The translations under genes and the position numbers were made by a program. This document shows, one piece after another, positions 11,057-22,188 of a stretch of 64,000 nt of DNA (the stretch's first letter is position 1; every line of letters begins with the position of its first letter). The notes below the pieces were generated by a model, which was not told the origin of the DNA, did no database searches, and saw only the letters and a program-made list of their open reading frames with translations. Source of the DNA: Myxococcales bacterium (GTDB lineage: Bacteria; Myxococcota_A; Polyangia; Polyangiales; Polyangiaceae); NCBI GenBank assembly GCA_043747615.1, contig JAYTOU010000015.1, positions 21,655-85,654 on the forward strand, given 5' to 3'.

Positions 11057-11878
11057 ATGGCAGACGAGCTACAAGTCCCCTCGGGCGTCCTTCGCATCAA
11101 CCGTTTTGGCGATCCGGGGGGCCGGCTCACGATCTGCGTGCACGGCCTCTCCGCCAACTCGCGCAGCTTCGATTTCGTGGCTGAGTCGATCGCTTCCCCC
11201 AAGCGGGCGGTGGTGGCCATCGATCTGCGCGGGCGCGGATGGAGCGAGATCACGCCGGCCGGCACCTACGGTTGGGGAAATCACGCCAAGGACGTCCTCG
11301 ACGTGGCAACCGCGCTTGGCCGGACGACGTTCGATTACGTCGGTCACTCGATGGGCGCCTTCATCGGGATGGATCTCGCGAAGCGCGCTCCGGAGCGCGT
11401 GGAAAAGCTCGCACTGATCGACGCCATCGGTGTCCCTGAGGCGGGAGCAATGCCGTCCATCTTCGCCGCGGTGCAGCGCCTGGGCACCGTGCATCCGAGC
11501 GCCGAGGCGTACGTCGCGGCGCTGAAGAAGCTCGGGACGATCGACCCTTGGAATGACTACTGGGATGCGCACTACCGCTACGACTTGGTTCCTTCGGCAG
11601 AGGGTGTCGTGGCCCGCACGGACAAAACCGCGGTGATGGAAGACGTAGCCTACGCCAGCTTGCAGCAGCCGCGCAGTTACTGGCCGAGCATCACGATGGA
11701 CACGATCCTCCTGCGCGCCTCACGGCTGCTGGGAAGCGGATTCATCGTGAGCGAGGACGATCGCAAGCGTTTCGTAGCGACTGCACCCCGTGCGCGCGCG
11801 GTCGACATCGATGCAAACCACTACGGCATCATGATGCACCCCAGCACTGCCCAGCATCTCGGAGAATTCTTCAAATGA
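11057..11878 (+). CDS. Alpha/beta hydrolase
   Basis: HGLS oxyanion motif, DLRGRG, GHSMG nucleophile elbow, C-terminal His (ANHY). Confidence 0.9.
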   Translation: MADELQVPSGVLRINRFGDPGGRLTICVHGLSANSRSFDFVAESIASPKRAVVAIDLRGRGWSEITPAGTYGWGNHAKDVLDVATALGRTTFDYVGHSMGAFIGMDLAKRAPERVEKLALIDAIGVPEAGAMPSIFAAVQRLGTVHPSAEAYVAALKKLGTIDPWNDYWDAHYRYDLVPSAEGVVARTDKTAVMEDVAYASLQQPRSYWPSITMDTILLRASRLLGSGFIVSEDDRKRFVATAPRARAVDIDANHYGIMMHPSTAQHLGEFFK

Positions 11879-12648
11879 CGGATCTCGTTTCGCTCCCTGG
11901 AAAACGGGCACTCGTCACCGGCGCGGCCTCGGGCATCGGTCTCGCCATCGCACGGGAGCTCGCTGCCGCTGGGGCCGAGGTCATCCTGAGTGATCTCGCC
12001 ATCGGACCGCTCGAGCAGCTCTCTTCGGAAATTCCGAAGTCGCGCGCGCTCGCCGCGGATCTGTCCTCACGCGAGGCGGTGAACAAGCTCATCGCGGATG
12101 CAGGCAAGATCGACATCCTCGTCAACAACGCGGGGATTCAGCACGTCAGCCCCGTGCACGAGTTCGACGTCGCGAAGTGGGATTTCATCATGAGCGTCAT
12201 GCTCACCGCTCCGTTCCTGCTCATTCGCGGCCTCATCCCGGGCATGTACGAACGAAAGTGGGGGCGCATCCTCAACGTCGGATCCGTGCACAGCCTCGTG
12301 GCGTCGCCGTTCAAGTCGGCCTACGTCTCGGCGAAGCACGGCCTGGTCGGTCTCACCAAGACCGTCGCCCTCGAAGCCGGAACGCACGGGAGCGGCGTGA
12401 CGGCGAACGCGCTCTGCCCCTCCTACGTGCGAACGCCGCTCGTGGAGAAGCAGATCGCCGATCAAGCGCGTGTGCACGGGATCGCGGAGTCGGAGGTGAT
12501 CGAGAAGATCTTGCTCACGCAAAACGCCGTGAAGCGTCTCATCGATCCGGCAGACGTCGGGAAGCTCGCCGCGTTCTTGTGCAGGGACGACGCATGGTCG
12601 ATCACTGGCGCTGCCCTCACCATGGATGCCGGCTGGCTCGCGCACTGA
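11875..12648 (+). CDS. bdhA: 3-hydroxybutyrate dehydrogenase (SDR family)
   Basis: TGAASGIG, NNAGIQHV, SVHSLVASPFKSAYVSAKHG, VRTPLVEKQI; ATGA overlap with the upstream gene. Confidence 0.88.
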   Translation: MTDLVSLPGKRALVTGAASGIGLAIARELAAAGAEVILSDLAIGPLEQLSSEIPKSRALAADLSSREAVNKLIADAGKIDILVNNAGIQHVSPVHEFDVAKWDFIMSVMLTAPFLLIRGLIPGMYERKWGRILNVGSVHSLVASPFKSAYVSAKHGLVGLTKTVALEAGTHGSGVTANALCPSYVRTPLVEKQIADQARVHGIAESEVIEKILLTQNAVKRLIDPADVGKLAAFLCRDDAWSITGAALTMDAGWLAH

Positions 12649-15600
12649 ATTTTCCTCCTGAGCTGCCCATCTCGGCGCGCGTCGCCGACATCGCCATCGC
12701 GGTCAACGCGCACCCGGTGGTCATCGTCGCCGGCGCCACGGGCTCAGGCAAGACGACGCAGCTTCCCAAGATCGCCCTCGGCATGGGGCGTGGGATCGAA
12801 AAGCAGATTGGCGTTACCCAGCCGCGCCGCATAGCTGCCACCAGCGTCGCTGCCCGGGTCGCGACGGAGCTCGGATCCACGCTCGGTGCCGACGTCGGCT
12901 ATCAGGTCCGCTTCGACGATCGCACCAGCGCGGCCACCTACGTGAAGTTCATGACCGACGGGATCTTGCTGGCAGAGATCCACGGCGATCCTCTCCTGCG
13001 TCGCTACGACACGATCATCATCGACGAGGCGCATGAGCGCAGCTTGACGATCGATTTTCTCCTCGGATGGATCAAACGGATCCTGCCCAAGCGGCCCGAC
13101 CTCAAGGTCATCGTGAGCTCGGCGACGCTTGAGACCGAGCGCTTCTCGGCCTTCTTCGACGGCGCGCCGGTGATCGAGGTGCAAGGGCGGACGTACCCGG
13201 TCGACGTTTTGTACGAGCCGCCGGCGAAGGATATCGATCTCGCGGAGGCGGTCGCCGACGCCGTCGCGAATGTCACCACCCTCGACCCTCAGGGTGACAT
13301 CCTGGTCTTCTTGCCGGGCGAGCGAGAAATTCGCGACGCCGAAAACGCGCTCAACGCCCGTAATTTGCGGCACACGGTGATCCAGCCGCTCTACGCACGG
13401 CTCTCGGCGTCCGACCAAGCGCGCGTCTTCACCCGCCTCCCGCAGCGGCGCGTGATCTTGGCCACCAACGTCGCCGAAACCTCGGTCACCATCCCCGGCA
13501 TCGTCTATGTCGTCGACACAGGTGTGGCGCGCCTCTCGCGTTACGACGGTCGCTCCGGCATCACGCGACTCCAAGTCGAAGGCATCTCGCAGGCGAGTGC
13601 CGACCAACGCAAGGGTCGCTGCGGCCGCGTCCGCGCGGGCGTGTGCGTACGTCTCTACGATGAAGCGAGCTTCGCGTCGCGCCAGGCTTTCACCGATCCG
13701 GAGATCAAACGCACCGGTCTCGCTGGCGTCATCTTGCGCATGAAGTCCCTCGGCCTGGGTGACGTGGAAGACTTTCCCTTTCTCGATCCGCCGCACTCGA
13801 AAGCGGTGAGCGAGGGCTACCGCGTCCTCGAAGAGCTCGGCGCCATCGACGACAAGCGGGTGCTCACGAAGTTGGGCGAGCAGCTGGCGCGGTTCCCCGT
13901 CGATCCGCGCATTGGACGCATGATCCTGGCGGGCGCCGACCAGCGTTGTCTCCGCGACGTTCTTGTCGTCGCCGCAGCCTTGAATGTCCAAGATCCACGT
14001 GAACGTCCGCGTGAGCACCGGCAAAAAGCCGACGAGCTTCATCGGCGCTTCGCCGACGAACGCTCCGACTTCGTAAGCCTCCTTCGCCTCTGGGGCTTCG
14101 TGCGAGAAGCGGAGAAAAAAGGCAGCTCGCATTTGCGCCGGGTCTGTCGCGACGGGTTTCTATCCTGGGTCCGTGTGCGCGAATGGACCGAAATCCATCG
14201 TCAGCTCGAGGACATCGTCAAGGAGCTTGGGCTCGACAAATCGAAGACCGCAGCCGCCATCATTCCCGCCGCCACGATGGACGAGAACGCGCTCCATCGC
14301 GCGCTCCTCACCGGCCTATTGTCGAAGGTCGGATTCTGGCACCCAGAGGCCCGCGTGTACCTCGGCGCGAGGCAAACCAAGTTCGCGCTCCATCCGTCGT
14401 CATCGCTCGCGAAGCGACCGCCGGCGTGGATCATGGCGTTCGAGCTGGTGGAGACGACCCAGCTCTTTGCCCGAATGGCGGCCAAGATCGATCCCGAGTG
14501 GCTGATCGACGCTGCCCCCCACCTCCTGAAACGAAGCTATTCGGAGCCGCATTGGTCGGAAAAATCTGCCCGCGCGTCGATCAAGGAGCACGTGACCCTC
14601 CTCGGTCTCACCGTCGCCAAAGACCGCAGCGTCGACTACGCCAGCGTTGCTCCTGCGGCCGCCCGCCAGATGTTTCTCGATCATGCGCTCGTGCGTGGCG
14701 AGTACCGATCCCGCGGCGCGTTCCAGGAAAAGAACCGCGCCCTCCTCGAGACGGTGGCAAAGCTCCGCGACAAAGGTCGCATGAGCGACATGATGGCGGA
14801 CGACGAAGCGCTCCTCGCCTTCTTCGATCGGCGCGTGCCGGACGCGGTAGTCAACGGCCAGCGTTTCGAGGTCTGGCGCGAAGAAGCGGAGAAGACCAAT
14901 CGCACCGTTTTGGATCTCACCCTCACCGATGTCATGGTCGGGGACCGCGCGCTCACCCCGGGAGACTTTCCAGATACTCTGCGCCTCCACGGGGCAGAGA
15001 TTTCGGCGACCTACAAATTCGACCCCTCCGCCGACGACGACGGGGTGACGCTCGCGGTTCCTCTGGGGCTCCTGCCGCAGCTCGACCCGGGCGATCTCGA
15101 TTGGACGATGCCCGGTTGGCAGGCCGAGAAGATCACCTACTTCCTCCACGACCTTCCGAAGGCGACGCGTCGGGAGATCTCCGAGTCCGGAGGGAGCCTG
15201 AATGACGTCGCGCGCACGCTTGCTTCGAGCCTCGTGCCATTCGACGGACCGATGATTCCCGCGCTGGCAAAAGCTCTGTCCACGCTTATCGGGTCGCGCG
15301 TTACGACGGATCAGTTTCGTCCGGCGAACGCGCCGCGCCATTTACAGTTCCTGATCGAGGTGCTCGGCGAAGGGGGAAGGGTGGTCGCCGAAGGGCGTAA
15401 TCTTGCCGAGCTACAGGGGCACCTCGGGGTCCGCGCGCGCGAGGCGTTGAAGAGCGCCGGCCCGGATCGCGTGACCGAGCGAACGTGGGAGCGTTCCGGG
15501 CTCACGAGTTGGGATTTCGGCGACCTGCCGCCATTCGTGATTCGCCGAGTTGCGGGGACGGACCTCCGGACGTATCCGGCGATCGTCGACAATGGCAAAT

Positions 15601-16379
15601 CGGTCGATCTCGGTCTTGTCGAGTCGCTTGCCGCGGCCGAAGGTGCGTCCCGCAAGGGCGTGCGCCGGCTCTTCACGCTCGCCGCACGCCGTGAGCTTTC
15701 GTCGATCTCGCCACGTCTCCCGCGCCCGCTCGGTTCGCCGAACGGCGCCATGCACGCGCGCGCACGCAACGACGCGTTCCAGACGCACCTGCTCGCACGC
15801 ATCGTCGATGGCGCTTTTCAGCTCGAAGGTGGCGCGCCGCTCCCGCGGACGAAAGCGGCCTTCGATGCCCAGCTCTCCGCCGGAGTCCCCAAGCTCGACG
15901 GACTCTTTCGCCTGTGGTCGCAGAATCTGAGCCTCGCCGCTCTCGAGCTCGACAAGACCCTCACCGCCTTGCGAGCGGCGGCGAAACATCCGAGCGGGCG
16001 CACGGCCACTCTCGAGCTTCAAGCTCAGATGGAAGCGCTCGTCCCGGACGATCTCGTGGCCTGGATTCCGCTAGCGCGCCTCGAGCACTACCCGCGTTAC
16101 CTCCGCGCCGCGCAGACCCGCCTGGCGCGCGCCGTGACCGATCCTCGCAAGGACGCCGAGAAGCTCGCCCCCGTGACCGCGCTTTGGTCGTCGTTCATGA
16201 CAAAGCAAAAGCGCGCGCGCGACGACGAGGCGAGCGAGGTGCAAGAGATCCGCTGGCTCTTCGAGGAGCTGAGGGTGGCGGTGTTCGCCCCGGAGCTGAA
16301 GACGGCGGTACCGGTCTCGGCCAAGCGGATCACCGACTTGATCGCCGCGCTCACGCTGCGTGGTGCCAACCTCGGATAG
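12594..16379 (+). CDS. hrpA: ATP-dependent RNA helicase HrpA (start uncertain: ATG 12594 or CTG 12645)
   Basis: GATGSGKTTQLPK, TQPRRIAA, DEAH, SAT, QRKGRCGR and C-terminal RWLFEELRVAVFA motifs. Confidence 0.95.
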   Translation: MVDHWRCPHHGCRLARALNFPPELPISARVADIAIAVNAHPVVIVAGATGSGKTTQLPKIALGMGRGIEKQIGVTQPRRIAATSVAARVATELGSTLGADVGYQVRFDDRTSAATYVKFMTDGILLAEIHGDPLLRRYDTIIIDEAHERSLTIDFLLGWIKRILPKRPDLKVIVSSATLETERFSAFFDGAPVIEVQGRTYPVDVLYEPPAKDIDLAEAVADAVANVTTLDPQGDILVFLPGEREIRDAENALNARNLRHTVIQPLYARLSASDQARVFTRLPQRRVILATNVAETSVTIPGIVYVVDTGVARLSRYDGRSGITRLQVEGISQASADQRKGRCGRVRAGVCVRLYDEASFASRQAFTDPEIKRTGLAGVILRMKSLGLGDVEDFPFLDPPHSKAVSEGYRVLEELGAIDDKRVLTKLGEQLARFPVDPRIGRMILAGADQRCLRDVLVVAAALNVQDPRERPREHRQKADELHRRFADERSDFVSLLRLWGFVREAEKKGSSHLRRVCRDGFLSWVRVREWTEIHRQLEDIVKELGLDKSKTAAAIIPAATMDENALHRALLTGLLSKVGFWHPEARVYLGARQTKFALHPSSSLAKRPPAWIMAFELVETTQLFARMAAKIDPEWLIDAAPHLLKRSYSEPHWSEKSARASIKEHVTLLGLTVAKDRSVDYASVAPAAARQMFLDHALVRGEYRSRGAFQEKNRALLETVAKLRDKGRMSDMMADDEALLAFFDRRVPDAVVNGQRFEVWREEAEKTNRTVLDLTLTDVMVGDRALTPGDFPDTLRLHGAEISATYKFDPSADDDGVTLAVPLGLLPQLDPGDLDWTMPGWQAEKITYFLHDLPKATRREISESGGSLNDVARTLASSLVPFDGPMIPALAKALSTLIGSRVTTDQFRPANAPRHLQFLIEVLGEGGRVVAEGRNLAELQGHLGVRAREALKSAGPDRVTERTWERSGLTSWDFGDLPPFVIRRVAGTDLRTYPAIVDNGKSVDLGLVESLAAAEGASRKGVRRLFTLAARRELSSISPRLPRPLGSPNGAMHARARNDAFQTHLLARIVDGAFQLEGGAPLPRTKAAFDAQLSAGVPKLDGLFRLWSQNLSLAALELDKTLTALRAAAKHPSGRTATLELQAQMEALVPDDLVAWIPLARLEHYPRYLRAAQTRLARAVTDPRKDAEKLAPVTALWSSFMTKQKRARDDEASEVQEIRWLFEELRVAVFAPELKTAVPVSAKRITDLIAALTLRGANLG

Positions 16380-16483
16380 GAGGTCGGCGCATTCGCATTT
16401 CGTGGCTTGCCGCCGGCGACGGCGTCGTCGCCTCACGCATGACGACGCTCGAGCGTGCCCCTCCCCCGGCGCTAGGCTACCGC

Positions 16484-16842
16484 ATGCGATCCGTACGAGT
16501 CCCCGTCACCGCCCTCCTGCTGCTTGGCGCCATCGCGCTTGGTTCCGGCGTGATGTGCGGCGGCACGGGCGATGGCACAACCCCCATGGATGCCGGGTTT
16601 CCGTTCGACTGCAACGACCACGCGCACTGGTCGGGTACTACGCCCTCTATGTCCGCGGCGAGATCGACGTCGTCCGGCCCGCGGACGGCTCGATGCAGCG
16701 GCTGACCGCACCGAGCGGCTATGTATACGGGAATCCGATCTACGTATCCGCAACCGAAGCGTGGGCGCCGCTCGGAGCGAAGGGTGGGTCGTTCGGCGTT
16801 GCGCTTCTCCGACTGCCGCTCAGCGCGTGGCCGGATCTGTAA
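16484..16842 (+). pseudogene. Probable disrupted exported-protein gene (signal-peptide fragment and C-terminal fragment in different frames)
   Basis: Frame from ATG 16484 encodes MRSVRVPVTALLLLGAIALGSGVMCGG... Protein-like coding switches near 16625 to another frame (LVGYYALYVRGEIDVVRPADG...LPLSAWPDL*). Confidence 0.45.
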
Positions 16843-16902
16843 CGTTGGCGTGTCGATGAAGTACTTCGCCGGAGATGGGGGGCGCGCCTGCAGGGTGCTC
16901 GT

Positions 16903-16931
16903 TTGACATCCTCTCTGGAGGACTTCAAAGT
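16903..16931 (+). promoter_or_regulatory. Sigma70-type promoter of the TA operon with an inverted repeat in the spacer
   Basis: TTGACA (16903-16908), 17 nt, CAAAGT (16926-16931), 7 nt, ATG 16939; TCCTC-N4-GAGGA at 16909-16922. Confidence 0.6.
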
Positions 16932-16938
16932 ACATCCC

Positions 16939-17196
16939 ATGCCCCCGTCGTCCTCTTCGGCCGCGTCTCTCGAGCGTGTGAACCTGAACCTGCCCCCCAT
17001 CGCGCGGGATAAGCTGCGCTCGCTCGCCAAAGCGGCCGGGCAACCGGAAGGGGTCTACGCACGGGAGCTCCTCCTCTCGGCCCTCGCCCGCGCCGAGGCC
17101 AAGGCGTTTCGTCGTCAACTCGAGGCCTCGCGCTCCCCAGCGCGTCGCGAGCGGGATCGGCAGATCGCTACCTCGATCGAGCGCCTTCGTGGCTAA
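16939..17196 (+). CDS. Putative type II antitoxin, ribbon-helix-helix-like
   Basis: RVNLNLP beta strand followed by two helices (RDKLRSLAKAAG, VYARELLLSAL); overlaps the downstream toxin-like ORF. Confidence 0.65.
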   Translation: MPPSSSSAASLERVNLNLPPIARDKLRSLAKAAGQPEGVYARELLLSALARAEAKAFRRQLEASRSPARRERDRQIATSIERLRG

Positions 17197-17527
17197 GCGG
17201 GGGGAGGTGCTCGTCGTCCGGCGCAAGCTCGGCTTTGGGGCCGAAGGCAAGGCCGAGCATTTCGCCGTCCTCCAGTCCGATCACCTCCGCAATCTGGATA
17301 CGGCAATGGTGGCGCCGCTCGACCTCGACGGCCCGCTCTACGAGGGTGATCCGCTCGTCGTGCGCATCTCTCCGAAGGAGGCGGGCACCAAGCAGCCGCA
17401 CGTCGTGCTCGTCCACTTGCTGTCGGCGACGCTGCTCGACCGCTTCGAAGCGGCACACGTCGGCAGGCTCTCCGCAGCGGCGATGGCGAAGGTCGACGTG
17501 CTGTTGCGGCTGGCACTCGACGTGTAG
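17189..17527 (+). CDS. PemK/MazF-fold toxin-like protein
   Basis: 112 aa: N-terminal KRGEV, AVLQSD..N..T.MVAPL, C-terminal VGRLS..AMAKVD..LRLALDV. Confidence 0.75.
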   Translation: MAKRGEVLVVRRKLGFGAEGKAEHFAVLQSDHLRNLDTAMVAPLDLDGPLYEGDPLVVRISPKEAGTKQPHVVLVHLLSATLLDRFEAAHVGRLSAAAMAKVDVLLRLALDV

Positions 17528-17537
17528 CCCTAGCGCT

Positions 17538-20000
17538 CTAACACTTGATCTTCTCGTTCGCGGGATCGTAGAGCGGCTTCATCGAAGCCATCGCCGGATA
17601 CGATTTTCCCGCGATCTCGACCTCCCAGGTGCCCGACTCGAAGTACTTCGCGTCGACCGGCTCGCCGGCCTCGACCATCATCAGCCCGACGGCGCCCCCC
17701 AACGTGTGGCCGTACGAGGCGGCGCGTATGTAGCCGACCGGCTTTCCGTTCCTCTTCACGACCTCGGCGTGGAACAGCATCGGCTCCGGATCCTTCACGA
17801 AGATTTGCACGATGCGGCGCAAGAGCGGACCCGACGCCTTCTTCGCGAGCACGGCCTCCTTGCCGAGGAAGCCGCCAGGTTTTTTTAGATCGACGGCGAA
17901 GCCGAGCCCCGCCTCGAGCACGGAATCGGTGTTGTCGATGTCGTGCCCGTAATCGCGATAACCCTTCTCCATCCGCAAGCTCGCGAGCGCCTTCAGTCCG
18001 GCGTGCTGCAGACCGACGCGCTTGCCTGCGTCGATGATCCGGTCGTAGACGTGCGTGGCCTGCTCCGCCGGTACGTAGAGCTCGTAGCCGAGCTCGCCGA
18101 GATAGGTGATTCGCACGCAGAGCGCTCGCGCAAAGCCGATGTCGATCTCCCGCGCGGCACGAAACGGGAACGCCTCGTTCGAGAGATCTTGCGTGGTGAT
18201 CGACTGCATGAGCTCCCGCGCGCGGGGCCCTTGCACGTTGATCTGGGCATGTCCGGAAGTCACATCCGTCACGAAGGCGTGCCCGCCGTCTGCTTCGATG
18301 TGGCGGCGCATCCAGGTCTCGACGTGGCGATGCGCGGTGTCGGACGCGACCACCCAGAAGCGCTCGTCGTCGAGCTTCGTCACGGTGAGGTCGGCCTGGA
18401 GCTTTCCTGATTCGTCGAGCCACTGCGTGTAGGTGATGACGCCCGATGGTCCGTCGACGTTGTTCGCCGAGATGTGATTCAAGATCTTTCCAGCGTCGCG
18501 GCCCTGGACGAGAAACTTCGCCATGAACGACATGTCCATGAGGATCACGCCCGACCGCGCGGCGTCGTGCTCGGCCTTCCAATACGGGAACCATTCCTGC
18601 CGACCCCAGGACAGCTTCTCCATGTCGGGCGTCGCTCCGTGGGGCGCGTACCAATCGGCGCCTTCCCACCCGCTCACGTCGCGAAAGTAAGCGCCGTGTG
18701 CAGCGAGTCGGTCGTAGATGGCCGATTTTTTCGCGCCGCGCGCGGTCATCATGGAGCGCGTCGGATAATGGCACTGGTAGACCATTCCGAGCGATTCGAC
18801 TGTGCGCGTCTTTCGATATTCAGGATTGGCTTGGTAGGTGTGGAGTCGGTCGATGTTCATACCGGTGACGTCGACGTCCGGACGACCGTTGATGATCCAG
18901 TGAGCCATCACCCGGCCGAGACCGCCGCCGGTGAGGATTCCGACCGAGTTCAGACCCGCCGCGACGAAGTAATTTTTTAGCTCCGGCGCCTCGCCGACCA
19001 CCGGCTGTAAGTCGGGCGTGAAGCTCTCCGGGCCACAGAAGAATTTTCGCACGCCGGTCTCCAGGCTGATCGGCACGCGGCGCATCGCCTTCTCGACGTA
19101 CGGGCCCATGCGATCCCAATCGGGCGTGATCTCGCCGAACGAAAAATCTTCGGGCACGCCGCCCACCTTCCAAGGCGCACAGATCGGCTCGAAGAGGCCA
19201 ATCATCAGACCGCCGACTTCTTCGCGGAAGTAGCCGTGCGATCCCGGATCTTCGAGGACGGGGAGCGATTTGGACATGCCCGCGATCTTCTCGGTGATGA
19301 GGTAATAGTGCTCGGCGGACTGGAGCGGGATGTTGACCCCGGCCTTCGCGCCGAGCTGACGGGCCCACATGCCGGCGCAGTTCACGACGTACTCCGCTTC
19401 GATGGTGCCGTACGCCGTCTCGACGCCGGTGACTGCGCCGCGCTTGGTCGTGAAGCCCGTGGCGGCGACGCCCTCGATGATCTTCGCGCCCCGCATGCGC
19501 GCGCCCTTTGCGAGCGCCATGGTGACGCCAACCGGATCGGCGCGGCCGTCCTCCTTCACGTAAAAGCCGGCGAGGATGTCGTCGGTGCGGGCGAGCGGGA
19601 AGAGATCTTCGACCTGCTTTGCGCTGATCTCGTGAACGTCGATTCCGCAGTACCGGTTGAACGCAGAGACGCGACGGTACTCCTCGAGCCGACCCGCGTC
19701 GCAGGCCACCTCGATGAAGCCGATGGGTTGAAATCCGGTGGACTGCTCGGTCTCCGCTTCGAGCCGACTATAGAGCTCGCGTGTGTACTTGCGCATCTCG
19801 GTCGAGGTCTCGGACGTCGATCCGAACGTCACCATCAGGCCGGCCGCGTGCCAGGTGGTGCCGGAGGTGAGGCGATCCCGCTCGAGCAGGACCACGTCCT
19901 TCCACCCCATGTGAGCCAGGTGATAGGCGACGGAGCAGCCGATGACGCCTCCGCCGACGACCACGACGCGTGCGCGCTTCGGGAGGACCGGTTCCGACAT
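17538..20000 (-). CDS. FAD-dependent oxidoreductase, sarcosine/dimethylglycine dehydrogenase-like with GcvT domain
   Basis: [38 protein letters not shown] and SLRMEKGY motifs. Confidence 0.92.
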   Translation of the reverse strand: MSEPVLPKRARVVVVGGGVIGCSVAYHLAHMGWKDVVLLERDRLTSGTTWHAAGLMVTFGSTSETSTEMRKYTRELYSRLEAETEQSTGFQPIGFIEVACDAGRLEEYRRVSAFNRYCGIDVHEISAKQVEDLFPLARTDDILAGFYVKEDGRADPVGVTMALAKGARMRGAKIIEGVAATGFTTKRGAVTGVETAYGTIEAEYVVNCAGMWARQLGAKAGVNIPLQSAEHYYLITEKIAGMSKSLPVLEDPGSHGYFREEVGGLMIGLFEPICAPWKVGGVPEDFSFGEITPDWDRMGPYVEKAMRRVPISLETGVRKFFCGPESFTPDLQPVVGEAPELKNYFVAAGLNSVGILTGGGLGRVMAHWIINGRPDVDVTGMNIDRLHTYQANPEYRKTRTVESLGMVYQCHYPTRSMMTARGAKKSAIYDRLAAHGAYFRDVSGWEGADWYAPHGATPDMEKLSWGRQEWFPYWKAEHDAARSGVILMDMSFMAKFLVQGRDAGKILNHISANNVDGPSGVITYTQWLDESGKLQADLTVTKLDDERFWVVASDTAHRHVETWMRRHIEADGGHAFVTDVTSGHAQINVQGPRARELMQSITTQDLSNEAFPFRAAREIDIGFARALCVRITYLGELGYELYVPAEQATHVYDRIIDAGKRVGLQHAGLKALASLRMEKGYRDYGHDIDNTDSVLEAGLGFAVDLKKPGGFLGKEAVLAKKASGPLLRRIVQIFVKDPEPMLFHAEVVKRNGKPVGYIRAASYGHTLGGAVGLMMVEAGEPVDAKYFESGTWEVEIAGKSYPAMASMKPLYDPANEKIKC

Positions 20001-20056
20001 GGCCGGATGATACTGCTTTTGCGGCGGAGGCGCGCGGTGGTAACTTCCCGCCGCCC

Positions 20057-21274
<1,218 letters not shown>

Positions 21275-21278
21275 TCAG

Positions 21279-22175
21279 ATGGCCATCCTCATCAACAAAG
21301 ACACACGCATCGTCGTCCAGGGCATCACCGGCGGAGCTGGCTCCTTCCACGCGAAGCAGATGATCGAGTACGGCTCGAAGGTCGTCGCCGGCTGCACGCC
21401 CACCCGCGGCGGCGAAAAATTCGAAGCCACCGCCGGGGGCTCGAAGGTGATCGTTCCCGTGTTCGACACCGTCGAACAGTCCGTCAAAGAGACCGGCGCT
21501 GACACCAGCGTGATCTTCGTTCCGCCTCCCGGCGCTGCCGACGCCATCCTCGAAGCCATCGACGCGGGCTGCAAGCTCGTGGTCTGCATCACCGAAGGCA
21601 TCCCGGTGATGGACATGATCAAGGTTCGCCGCGTCCTCGAGACGACGCCCGGCACCCGCTTGATCGGCCCGAATTGCCCGGGGATCATCACTCCGGGCGC
21701 TTGCAAGATCGGCATCATGCCCGGCCACATCCACAAGGTTGGACACATCGGCGTCGTGTCGCGCTCGGGCACGCTCACGTACGAAGCCGTCGGTCAGCTC
21801 ACGGCGCTCGGCATCGGTCAGTCGACGTGCGTCGGTATCGGCGGCGATCCGGTTGGCGGAATGGACTTCGTCGACGTCCTCGAGTTGTTCCAAAACGATC
21901 CCGACACGCACGGCGTAATCATGATCGGAGAGATCGGCGGCGGCGCCGAAGAGCGCGGAGCAGCCTACATCAAGGCGAAGATGAGCAAGCCCGTCGCTGC
22001 CTTCATCGCCGGGATGACAGCTCCCGAAGGAAAACGGATGGGCCACGCCGGCGCGATCATCGCCGGAGGTCAAGGCACGGCCGCGCAGAAAATCAAAGCT
22101 CTCGAAGCCGCCGGAGCGAAGGTCGCGCCGACGCCGAGCGACATGGCGAGCACCCTCCAATCAATGATGGCCTGA
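21279..22175 (+). CDS. sucD: Succinate--CoA ligase subunit alpha
   Basis: [22 protein letters not shown] and KRMGHAGA motifs. Confidence 0.97.
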   Translation: MAILINKDTRIVVQGITGGAGSFHAKQMIEYGSKVVAGCTPTRGGEKFEATAGGSKVIVPVFDTVEQSVKETGADTSVIFVPPPGAADAILEAIDAGCKLVVCITEGIPVMDMIKVRRVLETTPGTRLIGPNCPGIITPGACKIGIMPGHIHKVGHIGVVSRSGTLTYEAVGQLTALGIGQSTCVGIGGDPVGGMDFVDVLELFQNDPDTHGVIMIGEIGGGAEERGAAYIKAKMSKPVAAFIAGMTAPEGKRMGHAGAIIAGGQGTAAQKIKALEAAGAKVAPTPSDMASTLQSMMA

Positions 22176-22188
22176 GGCCCGAGCTCGG

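Noticed and set aside
12177..12593. N-terminal extension of the 1400-aa hrpA ORF
   Set aside because: Overlaps bdhA in another frame; non-protein-like translation.
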